Shown one piece after another: positions 8,996 to 19,872 of a stretch of 64,000 bases of DNA. Position numbers and translations under genes: made by a program. Each line of letters opens with the position of its first letter. The stretch's first letter is position 1. Under the pieces are notes generated by a model. The model was not told the origin of the DNA, searched no databases, and worked only from the letters and a program-made list of their open reading frames with translations. This DNA comes from an uncultured Thermococci archaeon (GTDB lineage Archaea; CAYQAE01; CAYVLA01), in assembly GCA_964549615.1 (NCBI GenBank), contig CAZJVP010000051.1, forward strand, positions 64,001 through 128,000, in the 5' to 3' direction.

Positions 8996-11154
8996 GGAGC
9001 GGGCATACTGAGATCGCGCTGTCACCGAGGGACGGGTTCGGTTTCTCTTCCATCCTTGACCGCAGATCGGAATTTGACTGGATCAGGGAACCGGCAGGGC
9101 CGGGGCTCTGGAGGCTTACCGGCCTGACCCCAGAGGGAGAACGCAGGGTGATCACCTCCGGGGACGCAGGGATCTTGATCCTGGAGCGGTCTAGGCGTAG
9201 CACATCGCTCGGTTTTGAGGGCCCGGAGGGAATTGGGATACGGGTTGGCTTGGAGGCCCAGCAACGCGACCTTCTGCTCCTGCGGCTCGAGATGCTAACG
9301 ATGGATGGCCTCGCCGAGGTGGAGCGCCTGGACTTTCCGTGCCTCGCTGGCTTGGCTCTGCCCCCGGGGGATCCGGCGCTTTCCTACTTTGCCTTCCCGT
9401 TCGAGCAGGGCGTGCTCGTCCGCGATCCCGGGACGACGATTTTTGCGAACGAGGAGGCCAATTTCCGCCTTTCCGGCACCTACCCCGGCAACTGGTCCGT
9501 GCAGTTCGTTGCGTACGGGCAGCACGGCGGCCCCGGCCTGTACCTTGCAAGCTACGACCCCCTAGGGTGCGTAAAGAGGTTCGTTGCGGAAAGAGCCGCG
9601 GACGGCCGCATCGTGTTTTGGGTCGAAAACCATCTCGTTGACCCCACGCTTCCCGGCGCACTTCCATACCCGCTCGCTATCGGAACCTACGAGGGCTCGT
9701 GGCTGGATGCGGCTCGGATCTACGCGAGTTGGGCTTCGAAACAGAGTTGGTGTTCGCGCCGTGAGCTAACATCGGGAGCCAATGGCCGGTGGGCTCAATC
9801 AACCCCCGCGTGGATCTGGAATAGAGGTAGGGCGGCAAAGGTGGTTCCCAGCGTCCTGAAGCTGTCCGACTACCTCGGTCGGCCCGTGGCCCTAGACTGG
9901 TACTGGTGGCATGGAAATCCTTACGACACGTTGCTGCCCGAGTACCTGCCCCCGAGGGACGGGGAAGAGGCCTTCAGAGAGGCGATCCGTCGCATCCACC
10001 GGATGGGATCGAGGTGCATAGCCTACATCAACGGTCGCTGTTGCGATCTGGCCTCCTCCCACTTCAGCAGCTCCGCAGCCGTCTTCAAGCGGTCTGGCGA
10101 GGTCGAGGCCGAGACCTACTGCAAGTACACTGGCGCTCGGCTGGCGGTGATGTGCCCCGCGACGGAGTACTGGAAGAGCGAGATCACAAGCATCGTCTCC
10201 AAGCTCGTTGACTACGGCCTAGACGGGGTCTACATCGATCAGGTCGCGTCCGCTCCTCCGAGGCTCTGTTTCTCGGCAGGACACAACCACCCGAGGGGCG
10301 GGTGTCTGGCTTGGGCAGAGGGAAACAGGGCTCTGCTGAGCTCTGCAAGAGCGGCGGCGAAGGCTAGGAATCCCGAGGCAATGCTTTGCTCGGAGGGATG
10401 CTGCGAGGTTTACATGGACCTCCTAGACGCCTTCCTAACCCTTTCCCCCTCATTTGAGAGGATGGGGATGTTCCGGTCCCTTGGGGATTCTTGGGAGCCC
10501 ATACCCATGTTCAACAGCGTGTACCACCAGTTCGTGGTAACCTTCGGATCCTATGCATCGCTGGGCAATCCCCCCTATGACGAGCTCTGGCCGCCGAGGA
10601 CTTCAGCTGACGAGGCGGATCTCTCGCGGTTCACCGATCAGTTTGACTTGGAGGTCGCCCGGTGTCTCGTGTTCGGCCAAAAGCCGATGATCGCCAACTT
10701 CGAGCCTGGCCAATTGAAGCGGGCGAAGATGAAAAGGAGCCTCGATTTCTTCAGGGAGGTCTGCATGCTTCATGAACGCTTGGAGGACCACTTGGTTAGG
10801 GGTAGGTATCTCGGATCCCCGGAGGTCAGCGCCCCTCCGTTCAAAGTCCGTTGCTTCAGCAAGGGCATTTACACGCTTCCTGGACAATCGCGGACGACGG
10901 TCAGGACGGTCCCATCGATTCTGGCAAGCGCCTGGGAGGCTCCTGACGGATCGGTCGCTGTCGTTCTGGCAAACATATCGCCCCGCTTGCATCGAGTTCA
11001 ACTGGACCTCTCCAAGTTCGGGGTCACCAGCGACGCGAGATTGCTGCGCATCGAGCCGAGGGGTGGCGCACATCCTGGGCGGCAGTTGTCCGGGAGGAGG
11101 ATCACGGTCCGCGGCAAGCACGTCGTGGGGCTCAAGGCGGCCGAAGGGCGATGA
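8992..11154 (+). CDS. DUF6259-like putative glycoside hydrolase
   Basis: ATGA overlap with the upstream stop. PEYLP, YINGR, MCPAT..W, GVYIDQV and CF...H.HP.GG...W motifs. Confidence 0.65.
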   Translation: MRSGHTEIALSPRDGFGFSSILDRRSEFDWIREPAGPGLWRLTGLTPEGERRVITSGDAGILILERSRRSTSLGFEGPEGIGIRVGLEAQQRDLLLLRLEMLTMDGLAEVERLDFPCLAGLALPPGDPALSYFAFPFEQGVLVRDPGTTIFANEEANFRLSGTYPGNWSVQFVAYGQHGGPGLYLASYDPLGCVKRFVAERAADGRIVFWVENHLVDPTLPGALPYPLAIGTYEGSWLDAARIYASWASKQSWCSRRELTSGANGRWAQSTPAWIWNRGRAAKVVPSVLKLSDYLGRPVALDWYWWHGNPYDTLLPEYLPPRDGEEAFREAIRRIHRMGSRCIAYINGRCCDLASSHFSSSAAVFKRSGEVEAETYCKYTGARLAVMCPATEYWKSEITSIVSKLVDYGLDGVYIDQVASAPPRLCFSAGHNHPRGGCLAWAEGNRALLSSARAAAKARNPEAMLCSEGCCEVYMDLLDAFLTLSPSFERMGMFRSLGDSWEPIPMFNSVYHQFVVTFGSYASLGNPPYDELWPPRTSADEADLSRFTDQFDLEVARCLVFGQKPMIANFEPGQLKRAKMKRSLDFFREVCMLHERLEDHLVRGRYLGSPEVSAPPFKVRCFSKGIYTLPGQSRTTVRTVPSILASAWEAPDGSVAVVLANISPRLHRVQLDLSKFGVTSDARLLRIEPRGGAHPGRQLSGRRITVRGKHVVGLKAAEGR

Positions 11155-11184
11155 GTTGGGCCGCGATGCTCGACGTCTTTGCGG

Positions 11185-12432
11185 TCATTCTTGACCTCGA
11201 GACTTGGTCGATCTGACTTCCTTGTAAAGGATTCGGCGGACGAGCAGGCTGTAGACCACAAGCCCCGACGCGAAAAGCGTCCCCGTCACGGCCGACCACT
11301 CGGTGACGTAAACCCACAACAGCGCCCGGTCCTTCAGCCTCATTGCATTGTTGGCAATCGAGGATATCCTGTCGAGCGCCTCCAGCATCGATTTGGAAGC
11401 TAGTGCGAAATCCTGCGTCCTGTATGCCTCAAAGGAATCCTCCTTCAACCGGCCCACGCGGGCTATCTCGGCCTCTAGCGTCCTTGTGTTTGCTCCGAAC
11501 CTGTCGACGAAATCGAGAAGCGAGAAGAGGAGCAACCGGTCCTCGTTATACCGCCAGTAGCGCATCCTGAGATCGTGGACGAGGAGCACGTCCTCAGGCA
11601 GCGAACGGCCCGTTGAGTGAAGAAGGATGTTCAGGAAGATGTCTATGGCGTACACGTTCTGGCTCAAACCGTGGACGGAGGACCACCACGTTGAGTCCAG
11701 GTCATCCGCGACAACCCAGAACAGGCCGCCGTTTGCACCAACCTTCCAGGATACGAGCCAATCGCCCGAGGCGCTCGATGGCAGGGTGGCGGATGAGAGC
11801 TTGCCCCAGAGGGTCGCTCCGGCCCTGGTCGTGAGGTAGGTGAAGGCGGAGGCTCCCCGGACGTTCTCAATTCCCAAAGGAACGAACATGGACAGGAGCG
11901 GTGGATCCTTCTTTACCACCTTGATGCTGAACGTCGACCCATCCTGCTTCATCTTGTCGTTCAGCTCGACGGGCAGGATCTCCTCCAGCACGGAGTTCTT
12001 CCAGCCGGGATAAGCCTTGCCCGTGGGGCTCGACAAGTCGCCTCCCATCGTCACGAAGGCTCCCAGGCCGCTTTCCATGGCGTATCTCATGTCGGCTATC
12101 TGGGCCGGCGTGAAAGGTTCGATGTAGCCGTCGGGAAACACGAAGAAGTCGAAGTCCTGGACGAGGGACTCGCGAGTCTTTGGGAAGTAGATCCTGATAT
12201 AGCGGCGCCAAGCCTGTTCCATCACGCGCTGGCCTGCCACGGCCTGGCCGGCCATGATGTCGATGTCCGTGGGGATGAGCACGTAATCCACCAGCGGGTC
12301 GGCGTCGAACCAGTAGGGTATGGGGGATTCGCCCGGCATGACCTGCCCTATGGCCAGGACGTTGATCCCCTCCGTGCAGATGACCGCCGTTGGGCACATG
12401 AGGACGGAGAGGAGAATCCAGATGTATTTCAT
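11185..12432 (-). CDS. membrane-anchored GATase1/DUF1355-like protein, paralog 1 (most divergent)
   Basis: Signal peptide MKYIWILL; YIRIYFPKT, FDFFVF, GLGAFVTMGG, GW.NS.LEEILPV; C-terminal LKDRALLWVYVTEW followed by a TM helix and RRILYKE. Confidence 0.8.
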   Translation of the reverse strand: MKYIWILLSVLMCPTAVICTEGINVLAIGQVMPGESPIPYWFDADPLVDYVLIPTDIDIMAGQAVAGQRVMEQAWRRYIRIYFPKTRESLVQDFDFFVFPDGYIEPFTPAQIADMRYAMESGLGAFVTMGGDLSSPTGKAYPGWKNSVLEEILPVELNDKMKQDGSTFSIKVVKKDPPLLSMFVPLGIENVRGASAFTYLTTRAGATLWGKLSSATLPSSASGDWLVSWKVGANGGLFWVVADDLDSTWWSSVHGLSQNVYAIDIFLNILLHSTGRSLPEDVLLVHDLRMRYWRYNEDRLLLFSLLDFVDRFGANTRTLEAEIARVGRLKEDSFEAYRTQDFALASKSMLEALDRISSIANNAMRLKDRALLWVYVTEWSAVTGTLFASGLVVYSLLVRRILYKEVRSTKSRGQE

Positions 12433-12762
12433 GCGGCTAGCACCCAGGAAAGGCACAGCGGTCGTCTCGACGAGCTGTGGCGTGAAATCTCTCTTAATGG
12501 TTTCGAGGGTTGGTCGATCATTGGGGGGATCCGTTGACGTGTCGTCCGCCGCCCCCGTGGCACGATGCTCAAGCTGCGGTGCGGATGCGCGTGGGGTTTT
12601 CCACAACCCGAACAGGGACGGAACTCCAGAAAGTTCTCCGGAAGAGTCCCCGAACACGTTTTAAGACGGGAAACCCAACTACGTGCTTGGCCAGGGACAT
12701 TCCTGACGTTGGGTGTGAGGCAGACAAGGTGGTTCTGGGTGAGACGCGTGGGCGTGTGCCTT

Positions 12763-13953
12763 ATGTTGCTTGCCGTGGCGTCCGCGGCCCTCATGGGCAC
12801 ATACCTCAAAGGTCGCGGGGATATGCCTGAAAATAAGACTGACTTTTCTGGAGGCGATGAGCTGCCCTACCCACAGGGAACACAATTCCCAATGATGCTT
12901 TACTCCGTGGTCGCGGAGGATCTGGTTTCTGTGAAGAACGAGGGGTTCAACCTCGTCCACACCTACAGCTTCGACAGGAGCTGGTTGGAGGACGTTCGCA
13001 GGGTAGGGCTCCATGCCGTGGTGCCGATCGGCGCCTATGATCAGGCAAGCCTTTGGAACGAACCGCAAACCGAGAACTTCGTGTCATCCTATGCGGATGA
13101 CTTCAGCGTCGCTTGGTGGGGTCTTCCGGAGGAGATGACGTGGACGGTGGATTGGAAGCTCAACCAGTTGGTGGATCTATCTTCCTGGGTACGTAGGTAT
13201 GATGCTAACAAGAGACCGACGTACGAGTACCTTGCGGGCAACTACATAGCTTACGACATACGGAACTACGTTCCCTACGTGGACATAATCGGCATTGGTG
13301 CGTACGTCGACTATAATGAACAGCCGCGGCAGTGGATAAGGTGGGCGGTGAAACAGGTCATAGACGGAATCACGCAGGCCGGGTTCAGCGTTGGCCGGGA
13401 CTACCTGGGCAGGGAGAGAGTGCCGGTGGCGGTTTTGCAGATGTTCATAGAGGGAGGGACGCATGTCCAGACGGGGCCGGAGTCCTACCATGATGTCTGG
13501 AGCGCGGTCTGCGCCGGCGCAAAGGGGATTCTAGTCTTCTCCCACAGTTATAGGGGACGTTTCGGCCCGGATGTCTATGAGGCCTTTGTCAAGGCAGCTC
13601 GCCAACTCACCGGGGAGCACGACCTTGGCAGGGTGGCGTTATTTGGACAGGATCTGCCAGGCATCGTGACCAATGTCATTTCGGGCCCCGCAACGACGCC
13701 ACCCTTCGACTCGTGGGGCGGCAAGGCCATCTCGTTTCCGACTATGAACGTGATGGCTCGAGAATATGAAGGGAAGAAGTACATCTTCGCGGTCAACGAT
13801 GTGGACGAGCCCATAACTGCCAAGTTTGCTAACCTGCCCCTTGAGGTGACCCGCGCCGTTGTGATCGACGAGGGCCGAACCATACCAGTTAGCGGGGCAA
13901 GCTTCGTCGACAGCTTTGGCAACTGGGGCGTTCACCTCTATTTACTCGAGTAG
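12763..13953 (+). CDS. secreted or membrane-anchored glycoside-hydrolase-like TIM-barrel protein
   Basis: Hydrophobic N-terminus, GFNLVHTY, WWGLPEE, GAKGILVF and a beta-rich C-terminus. The start is uncertain (ORF open from 12565). Confidence 0.5.
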   Translation: MLLAVASAALMGTYLKGRGDMPENKTDFSGGDELPYPQGTQFPMMLYSVVAEDLVSVKNEGFNLVHTYSFDRSWLEDVRRVGLHAVVPIGAYDQASLWNEPQTENFVSSYADDFSVAWWGLPEEMTWTVDWKLNQLVDLSSWVRRYDANKRPTYEYLAGNYIAYDIRNYVPYVDIIGIGAYVDYNEQPRQWIRWAVKQVIDGITQAGFSVGRDYLGRERVPVAVLQMFIEGGTHVQTGPESYHDVWSAVCAGAKGILVFSHSYRGRFGPDVYEAFVKAARQLTGEHDLGRVALFGQDLPGIVTNVISGPATTPPFDSWGGKAISFPTMNVMAREYEGKKYIFAVNDVDEPITAKFANLPLEVTRAVVIDEGRTIPVSGASFVDSFGNWGVHLYLLE

Positions 13954-14180
13954 GAGGAGGGTTTGGTGGAATGCGGGGCCATGCCAGTTCCTCGACTCTT
14001 TGGAGCATGCCTCAGCGCCACCACCAGCATCGGCGATACGGCGGGATGCAAGATGCGCATTCTCGATAAGCGCCGAATCCATTTTGCCCAAACATGCTGC
14101 TCCAGGTTCAGCCCCGGAGGAGGCCCCGGCGGGATCCGAACAAGGTTTGCCCCCTATGTTTCCCGCGACGAAAGATGGTT

Positions 14181-16463
14181 TCAAGACGATTGTGACCCGT
14201 TTGGCTCCCCACCATTCCGCCTCCGGCATATTCTGAGCGCACAGGATGACAATGGTGGCAATTTATGCTGGAACCGCACAGCCCCACCAAGGTGAGCGGC
14301 ACATGCAGAAGCAATCTCCTCCTGCGTCAATGCGTCGATTAGTGAGAATTGCCCGGCCGCTTTGATCCCGAAATATCCGGGCCACACCTCCACAACGACA
14401 GTCGTTGTACGCGTCTCGTTGTTGACCAAGTAGACCATCAGGTCTCTGCCTTTCCTGAAGCAGGAAATCAGATCGCTTGCATCAGTCGGGATGACCCTCA
14501 CTGGGCCTTTGGGAAGACTCTCCGCGAACGCCCGCAACAAGCCTGTAACGGTTGGATGGCTCAGCTTTATCTCCCCTGTTAGCCCGGTTCGGAGGACCAG
14601 CCCTTTACCAACTTGATTGATCACTATGGCCCCCGTCTTGCTCGCCGACCATATTCCCACCACGTCCGCAACCGTCGCCTTGAGGGAGCGGGAAGGTTCA
14701 GGCCTAGGATAAAGACCCGGCTTTGGAATGCAGGGCCGCTCCTGGAATATCTGCAGATCCCCCTCAGCTGGCTCCTGCGTCTCATGACTGCCCACCACCT
14801 GCATGTTGAACGGCTTGAGGCTGCTCGCATCTCCGTTCTCATCCTCCATCATGGAATCTGAACCGCACAGGAGCATCCCGCCATCCCGGATCCAGTCGGT
14901 CATGCCCCCTGCGGCACCCTTCCTTATGTTTCTCAGACAGCTGAAGCCGACGACGGCTCGATACCTGTGGGGGTGTTGGGCCATCAACGGCATAAAGTCG
15001 GCATAGGTCGGGTTGGCAGACAGGCCCATCCTGGAGAAGAACACGTACAGTTCGAAGAGTTCCCTCAGGCTCTCTTCACCACGGATCACGCTCGGATAGT
15101 TGTACGGGAGCATGATCTGGCCGTAGACTTCTTTTCCATCCTCAGACGCGAGGAAGAGCTGCCTTGCTTCGCGATTGATGCGGGCGGCCGCCTCGATCGC
15201 CTCCTCCTCGCTTAACGGCCTCTTCGGGCAAGCATCATCAGCGATGCCAGGAGGAAACCCCCAACAGACCAGTCCACTGGTTCCCCTCCCTATCGCCACG
15301 TAGAACTGTTGGAGGATCTCCTTAGCGGTCGGAGCTCTGATCGTGCTCATGTCGTAGCCGCTATAGCTTGAGGAAAGCTGGAACTGGCACATGATGGGCT
15401 TGCCCGTGATCAGGGATATGGACCGATAGGTCTCGAAGTCGAAGGCGTAGCCCCCTATGTTCCATGTGTCGCCCGATTCCATCGGGTAGGGGTCCATGAA
15501 GAGTACGTCGCACAGCTCGCTCACCTTCGCCCAGTCGGGGTACTCGGTCGCCCAGGAGGACCTGGGGTACTTCATGACGACGGACATCAGGGCATCCGGG
15601 ATGTACTCCCGAATGGTCGATCTCACGACCTCCATCCAGCCCATGAGGCCCTCGGTGAAGAACTGACTGAGTTCGTGCCAGAGCCGTTCGTTGCTCCGGT
15701 CCACGGGCAACGGGACTTCGGAGAAGGATCCATACGCGGTGTTGTGAGCGGCGTTGAATCGGCGTATGTCCTTGTAGATGCGCGGGAGATAATCGTCACA
15801 CCATGACCTGCGGCAGGTCTCGCAGTAGCAGAAGCCCCTGTCAACCGTATCGTTGTGGATCACGAAGATGGGTTGTCCGTCGTCGTCTAGGTAGGCATCT
15901 CTTCCCTTTATGCGAAACCTTGCCAGACAATCCTGAAACTCGTGACTGCGGGCATATCTATCGAGCAGTTGTTTGAGGCGGCCCCGCGTGTACCACCGGA
16001 CCTTCTCGCTTCTGAAGCACTCGTGGTAGTAGACCGTGTAGTGTAGGGTTCCGTCGGATTTCCTTTTCGCTGCATCGAGGTTCTTCCACAGCCATTGGGC
16101 GGGCAAGTTGTAACATACGGCCATGACCACCTTCAGCCCCTTCTCCCTTGCCAGGCCGAGCAGGCCCGCAAACGCTGCTTCGATCTCCTCCTGCAGCCTC
16201 GGATCAAAGGATAGCGGTTCCATCGTCTCGGGGGCATGTTTCGGGTACCAGAGCTGGGCGTGGGTCGTGCCCATAGTCGGATGTCGTGAGATGTCGAAGA
16301 GGTAGACCGCATTGAACCCCATCCTCCTTATCTTCTCCATGTCCTCCGCGATCTGGGCAGACAACTTGTTCGGCTCAAATCCTCCCGTCATGGCCTGGGG
16401 GAGGTACATCACCCCCAGCAGTCTCCTGAAGGAAGAATCCGGATGCTGCATACGATGAGGCAC
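14181..16463 (-). CDS. GH42-like (beta-galactosidase-type) glycoside hydrolase
   Basis: EDMEKIRRMGFNAV, CYCETC Zn motif, YKDIRRFNAAHNT.Y.SF.EV, DPYP and a trimerisation-like W.RDGG.L segment. Confidence 0.65.
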   Translation of the reverse strand: MPHRMQHPDSSFRRLLGVMYLPQAMTGGFEPNKLSAQIAEDMEKIRRMGFNAVYLFDISRHPTMGTTHAQLWYPKHAPETMEPLSFDPRLQEEIEAAFAGLLGLAREKGLKVVMAVCYNLPAQWLWKNLDAAKRKSDGTLHYTVYYHECFRSEKVRWYTRGRLKQLLDRYARSHEFQDCLARFRIKGRDAYLDDDGQPIFVIHNDTVDRGFCYCETCRRSWCDDYLPRIYKDIRRFNAAHNTAYGSFSEVPLPVDRSNERLWHELSQFFTEGLMGWMEVVRSTIREYIPDALMSVVMKYPRSSWATEYPDWAKVSELCDVLFMDPYPMESGDTWNIGGYAFDFETYRSISLITGKPIMCQFQLSSSYSGYDMSTIRAPTAKEILQQFYVAIGRGTSGLVCWGFPPGIADDACPKRPLSEEEAIEAAARINREARQLFLASEDGKEVYGQIMLPYNYPSVIRGEESLRELFELYVFFSRMGLSANPTYADFMPLMAQHPHRYRAVVGFSCLRNIRKGAAGGMTDWIRDGGMLLCGSDSMMEDENGDASSLKPFNMQVVGSHETQEPAEGDLQIFQERPCIPKPGLYPRPEPSRSLKATVADVVGIWSASKTGAIVINQVGKGLVLRTGLTGEIKLSHPTVTGLLRAFAESLPKGPVRVIPTDASDLISCFRKGRDLMVYLVNNETRTTTVVVEVWPGYFGIKAAGQFSLIDALTQEEIASACAAHLGGAVRFQHKLPPLSSCALRICRRRNGGEPNGSQSS

Positions 16464-16816
16464 GGAGACAGCCAGCGTCGCTTTTAAGGTTTAGGGTCCG
16501 CGGGCGGTCTCGACTGGGAGGCGCAAGCTGAGGTGACTACTGTGGAGAGAGCATTTTCCCGTACCGAGGTCGGCCTTCCGGGGGCACTCCAAAGAGAAGG
16601 CTGCCCGGTAGCGTTCGCGAAGCACTCGGTAGCGTCAGCTGCTCTCCATGTCCTAGGCACCCCCGCACAGGCTTCGGTGCATGGTTCCTCATGGTCAGAC
16701 CGGCCGTGAGATCGGCGCAACCCAGCTTGGGCAATGCGATCCGGGGACGATACGTTTATGGGCGACACCTCCGCGAACATCACGGTCACAAAGCCAGCTC
16801 ACAGGGGCCACCTCTC

Positions 16817-19084
16817 ATGCCGAAGATCGATCTAACGGAGGCCACGATCGTCGTTGGTGAAAGGGCCGGGCCTGAATCCCCAGCTGCTCAGGTTCTGAGG
16901 GAGGAAGTCCAGAAGCGGACGGGCATCCTTTGGGAGGTCAGCTGCGATTGGCCCAGCAAAGGGAACGTGATCGCCTTGGTAACCGGGGGATTGGACGACC
17001 TCGCCGGTCGCTTGATACCCCGTCGACAGGGAAAGGATCTTCCCGAGCGGCGGCCGGAGGGCTACAGGCTGTGTGTACAACGGCTGTCCCCCCGACGCGA
17101 CGTCGTCTGGATCGCTGGGGCTGACGGGAGGGGGGTTCTCTTCGGCGTCGGTCACCTACTGAGGCTCCTCATGCTTTCCAGAGGATCGGCCGAACTCGGG
17201 GAGCGGGTGGACCTTTCAACGGCCCCGGCCTATCCCATCCGAGGGCATCAGCTCGGGTACCGCGACACTGCGAACTCCTACGACGCTTGGACGGTGGAAC
17301 AGTACGAGCAGTACATCAGGGAGCTGATCATCTTCGGGGCGAACTGCATCGAGAACATACCGTTTCAGGGCAAAACCAGCGTGCTCATGAAGCTGCCCCG
17401 CCGTGAGATGAACAGGAGGCTGAGCGAGCTGTGTGCCAAGTACGACATCGACTACTGGGTCTGGACCCCGGCCGAGTTCGACCTTTCAAACGAGGCCCTG
17501 CGGCAGCAAGCAATCGAGCAACACGAACAGCTCTATCGGGACTGTCCGCGTCTGGACGCGATCTTCTTTCCGGGAGGGGATCCAGGCGGAAACCACCCGA
17601 GGCTGGTCATGCCGTTCTTGGAGGAGCTCTCCAAGCGCCTTAAGGTCCACCACCCGAAGGCGGGGATCTGGATCTCGCTGCAGGGATTCAGCCGGGAATG
17701 GGTCGAGTACTTTTTTGGGTACGTGGAAGAGCGTAAGCCGGATTGGCTGGCCGGCGTCGTGGCGGGCCCGAGCAGCCCTCCCATCGATATGACCAGGGCG
17801 CGTCTACCAAGGAGGTACAGGCTTCGCAACTACCCGGACATCACCCACACCGTACGGTGCCAGTTCCCGGTTCAGGGCTACGACCAGGCCTTTGCCCTCA
17901 CCTTGGGACGGGAGCCCTGCAACCCGAGGCCTACCTTCTATGCCCGGATCCACAACTTCTACGCGCCCTACACGGACGGTTTCCTATCCTACTCAGATGG
18001 CGCGCACGACGATCTGAACAAGGTCGTCTGGACAAGGAAGGCCTGGGACCCGGAAGAGGATGTCGGGAAGATCGTCCTTGGATACTGCCGTTTCTTCTTC
18101 GGGGCGGACGTCGCGGATGACGCCGCGGCGGGCATCTTTGCCCTAGAGAAGAATTGGGAGGGTCCGCTTGCCGCGAACATGACTGTCGAGAAGACCCTTG
18201 ATCACTGGAAGGATCTGGAGAGGAGGGCTCCGCATCTGGCCGGGAACTGGCGATGGCAGCTGTTCTTGCTCCGGGCCTACTACGATGCCTATACGCGCAG
18301 AAGGCTGATCTACGAAAAGGGCCTGGAGAGGCAGGCGATGGCGATCCTCGTGGATATGGACAAGATCGGGATTGACGTTGCCATGGAAAGGGCCCTGGAG
18401 ACCGTCAAGCGAGCCGATACGGAGCCCATCTGCGAAGATCTCAGACAGCGCATCGAGGATCTGTGCGAATCCCTCTTTCAGTCCATAGGACTCCAGACCA
18501 GCGTCGCTCGATATCACGCAAGCGGCTCCGAGAGGGGATGCGTCCTTGACTTCCTCCGCTATCCCCTCAACAACCGTTGGTGGCTGGAGGATGAGTTCGC
18601 AAAGATCCGGCAGATGACAAGCGAGGAGGAGAAGCGTTCGCGGCTGGAGGTGATCAGGACCTGGGAGAACCCTGGGCCGGGCAGCTTCTACGACGACGTC
18701 GGCAACGTAGCCAACTCGCCCCACGTGGATCCGCTGTACAACCTCGGGATCGGGTTTGCATGGTGGGATCGCGGCTACAGCAGGACGAGGCTTTCATCCC
18801 AGACCTACATCAACCGGCCCAAGCTTCGGTACGAAAACCTGGATCCGAACGGCAACTACCTGATCCGCGTCGCCGGTTTCGGCGAGGCGCTCCTTGAGGT
18901 CAACGGCGAAAGGATCCAGCCCACCCTGTACAACAAGGGGGAGGGCCAGTTCAAGGAGTTCCCCGTCCCGAAGCGGCTCCTGAAGGATGGGGTGATCGAG
19001 GTCACGTTTGCCAAGCCGGACGAGGACCACTTGAACTGGCGGCACCGGTCACGCGTCTCGGATGTCTGGCTGCTCAGGACCTGA
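16817..19084 (+). CDS. putative glycoside hydrolase with a GH20/GH67-type N-terminal domain
   Basis: L.EEV.KRTG...PEGY.L...IAGADGRGVLFGVG.LLR...P.YPIRGH, then a TIM-barrel-like region. Confidence 0.6.
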   Translation: MPKIDLTEATIVVGERAGPESPAAQVLREEVQKRTGILWEVSCDWPSKGNVIALVTGGLDDLAGRLIPRRQGKDLPERRPEGYRLCVQRLSPRRDVVWIAGADGRGVLFGVGHLLRLLMLSRGSAELGERVDLSTAPAYPIRGHQLGYRDTANSYDAWTVEQYEQYIRELIIFGANCIENIPFQGKTSVLMKLPRREMNRRLSELCAKYDIDYWVWTPAEFDLSNEALRQQAIEQHEQLYRDCPRLDAIFFPGGDPGGNHPRLVMPFLEELSKRLKVHHPKAGIWISLQGFSREWVEYFFGYVEERKPDWLAGVVAGPSSPPIDMTRARLPRRYRLRNYPDITHTVRCQFPVQGYDQAFALTLGREPCNPRPTFYARIHNFYAPYTDGFLSYSDGAHDDLNKVVWTRKAWDPEEDVGKIVLGYCRFFFGADVADDAAAGIFALEKNWEGPLAANMTVEKTLDHWKDLERRAPHLAGNWRWQLFLLRAYYDAYTRRRLIYEKGLERQAMAILVDMDKIGIDVAMERALETVKRADTEPICEDLRQRIEDLCESLFQSIGLQTSVARYHASGSERGCVLDFLRYPLNNRWWLEDEFAKIRQMTSEEEKRSRLEVIRTWENPGPGSFYDDVGNVANSPHVDPLYNLGIGFAWWDRGYSRTRLSSQTYINRPKLRYENLDPNGNYLIRVAGFGEALLEVNGERIQPTLYNKGEGQFKEFPVPKRLLKDGVIEVTFAKPDEDHLNWRHRSRVSDVWLLRT

Positions 19085-19261
19085 CGCTCGGGACGCACTC
19101 CGCATAGCCGCACGGGTGGACAGCCTCTTTCTGGCCCGCAATAAGGATCTTCTTGATGATCTCGCTCTGGCCTAAACGGGCTGGGACCCCCTGGTGAGGC
19201 CTACCTGATGGTCCATCGTCGCGATCCTCCCGTAGCTGCCGCTGACGTGGACCGGATGCGG

Positions 19262-19775
19262 CTAGAGCTTGATCGGCTCCTCGTCTAACTTCGTGATGTT
19301 CGTGATCTTGCCTCCATCAATTCGTCTATCCTGTCCTTCATCTCGGCCAACGGACGAGCTGGCCCCCGTAGCGTGACTGCAGAACCTCAAGGCCGAACGG
19401 CCTCCTCTCCTCAAGCCAGAGGGCCGTGTGAGCCTTGAGCCACCTGTCATGCGCTGGATGACCCTCGGGATCTCCTCGAAGTCCTGCGGAGCCCCTTCAC
19501 GTCCTTCTTCACGTACGCCTCCCGTGCTGTGCTGGGGGAGATCGACCTTCGCCTCAAGGACCTCCGCCAATCACTTGGCATGGGCGAACGACACCCTATC
19601 TGAGGGCGAGGCTCCCTTCGCGGCCTGGGCCATGAGATCCGATAGGGCCTTGATGCGAGGTCCAAGATGGGTCCCGGCGTAGTGCTCGGCGAAGATGCCC
19701 AGGAGGCAATCATCCCAAGGCATGGTCTTGCTGATGCTGGCCTTGGCTTGGATGCTTTCCTTGTCCCGACCCCGA
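19262..19775 (-). pseudogene. remnant of the C-terminal domain of a GH20C-type beta-N-acetylhexosaminidase
   Basis: Stitched translation SKTMPWDDCLLGIF...AK*LAEVLEAKVDL/REAYVKKDVKGLRR/RPFGLEVLQSRYGGQLVR/LAEMKDRIDELME/GKITNITKLDEEP. Internal TGA at 19571-19573 and several frameshifts. Confidence 0.6.
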
Positions 19776-19872
19776 TAGTGATCCGGCCGCCCGGGCAGGC
19801 GCTCGCCTCAGACTGCCAACCTGTTCATCCGATATCACAGGGCCCCTGCGAAACGGTAAAGAGGCCCTGCTC

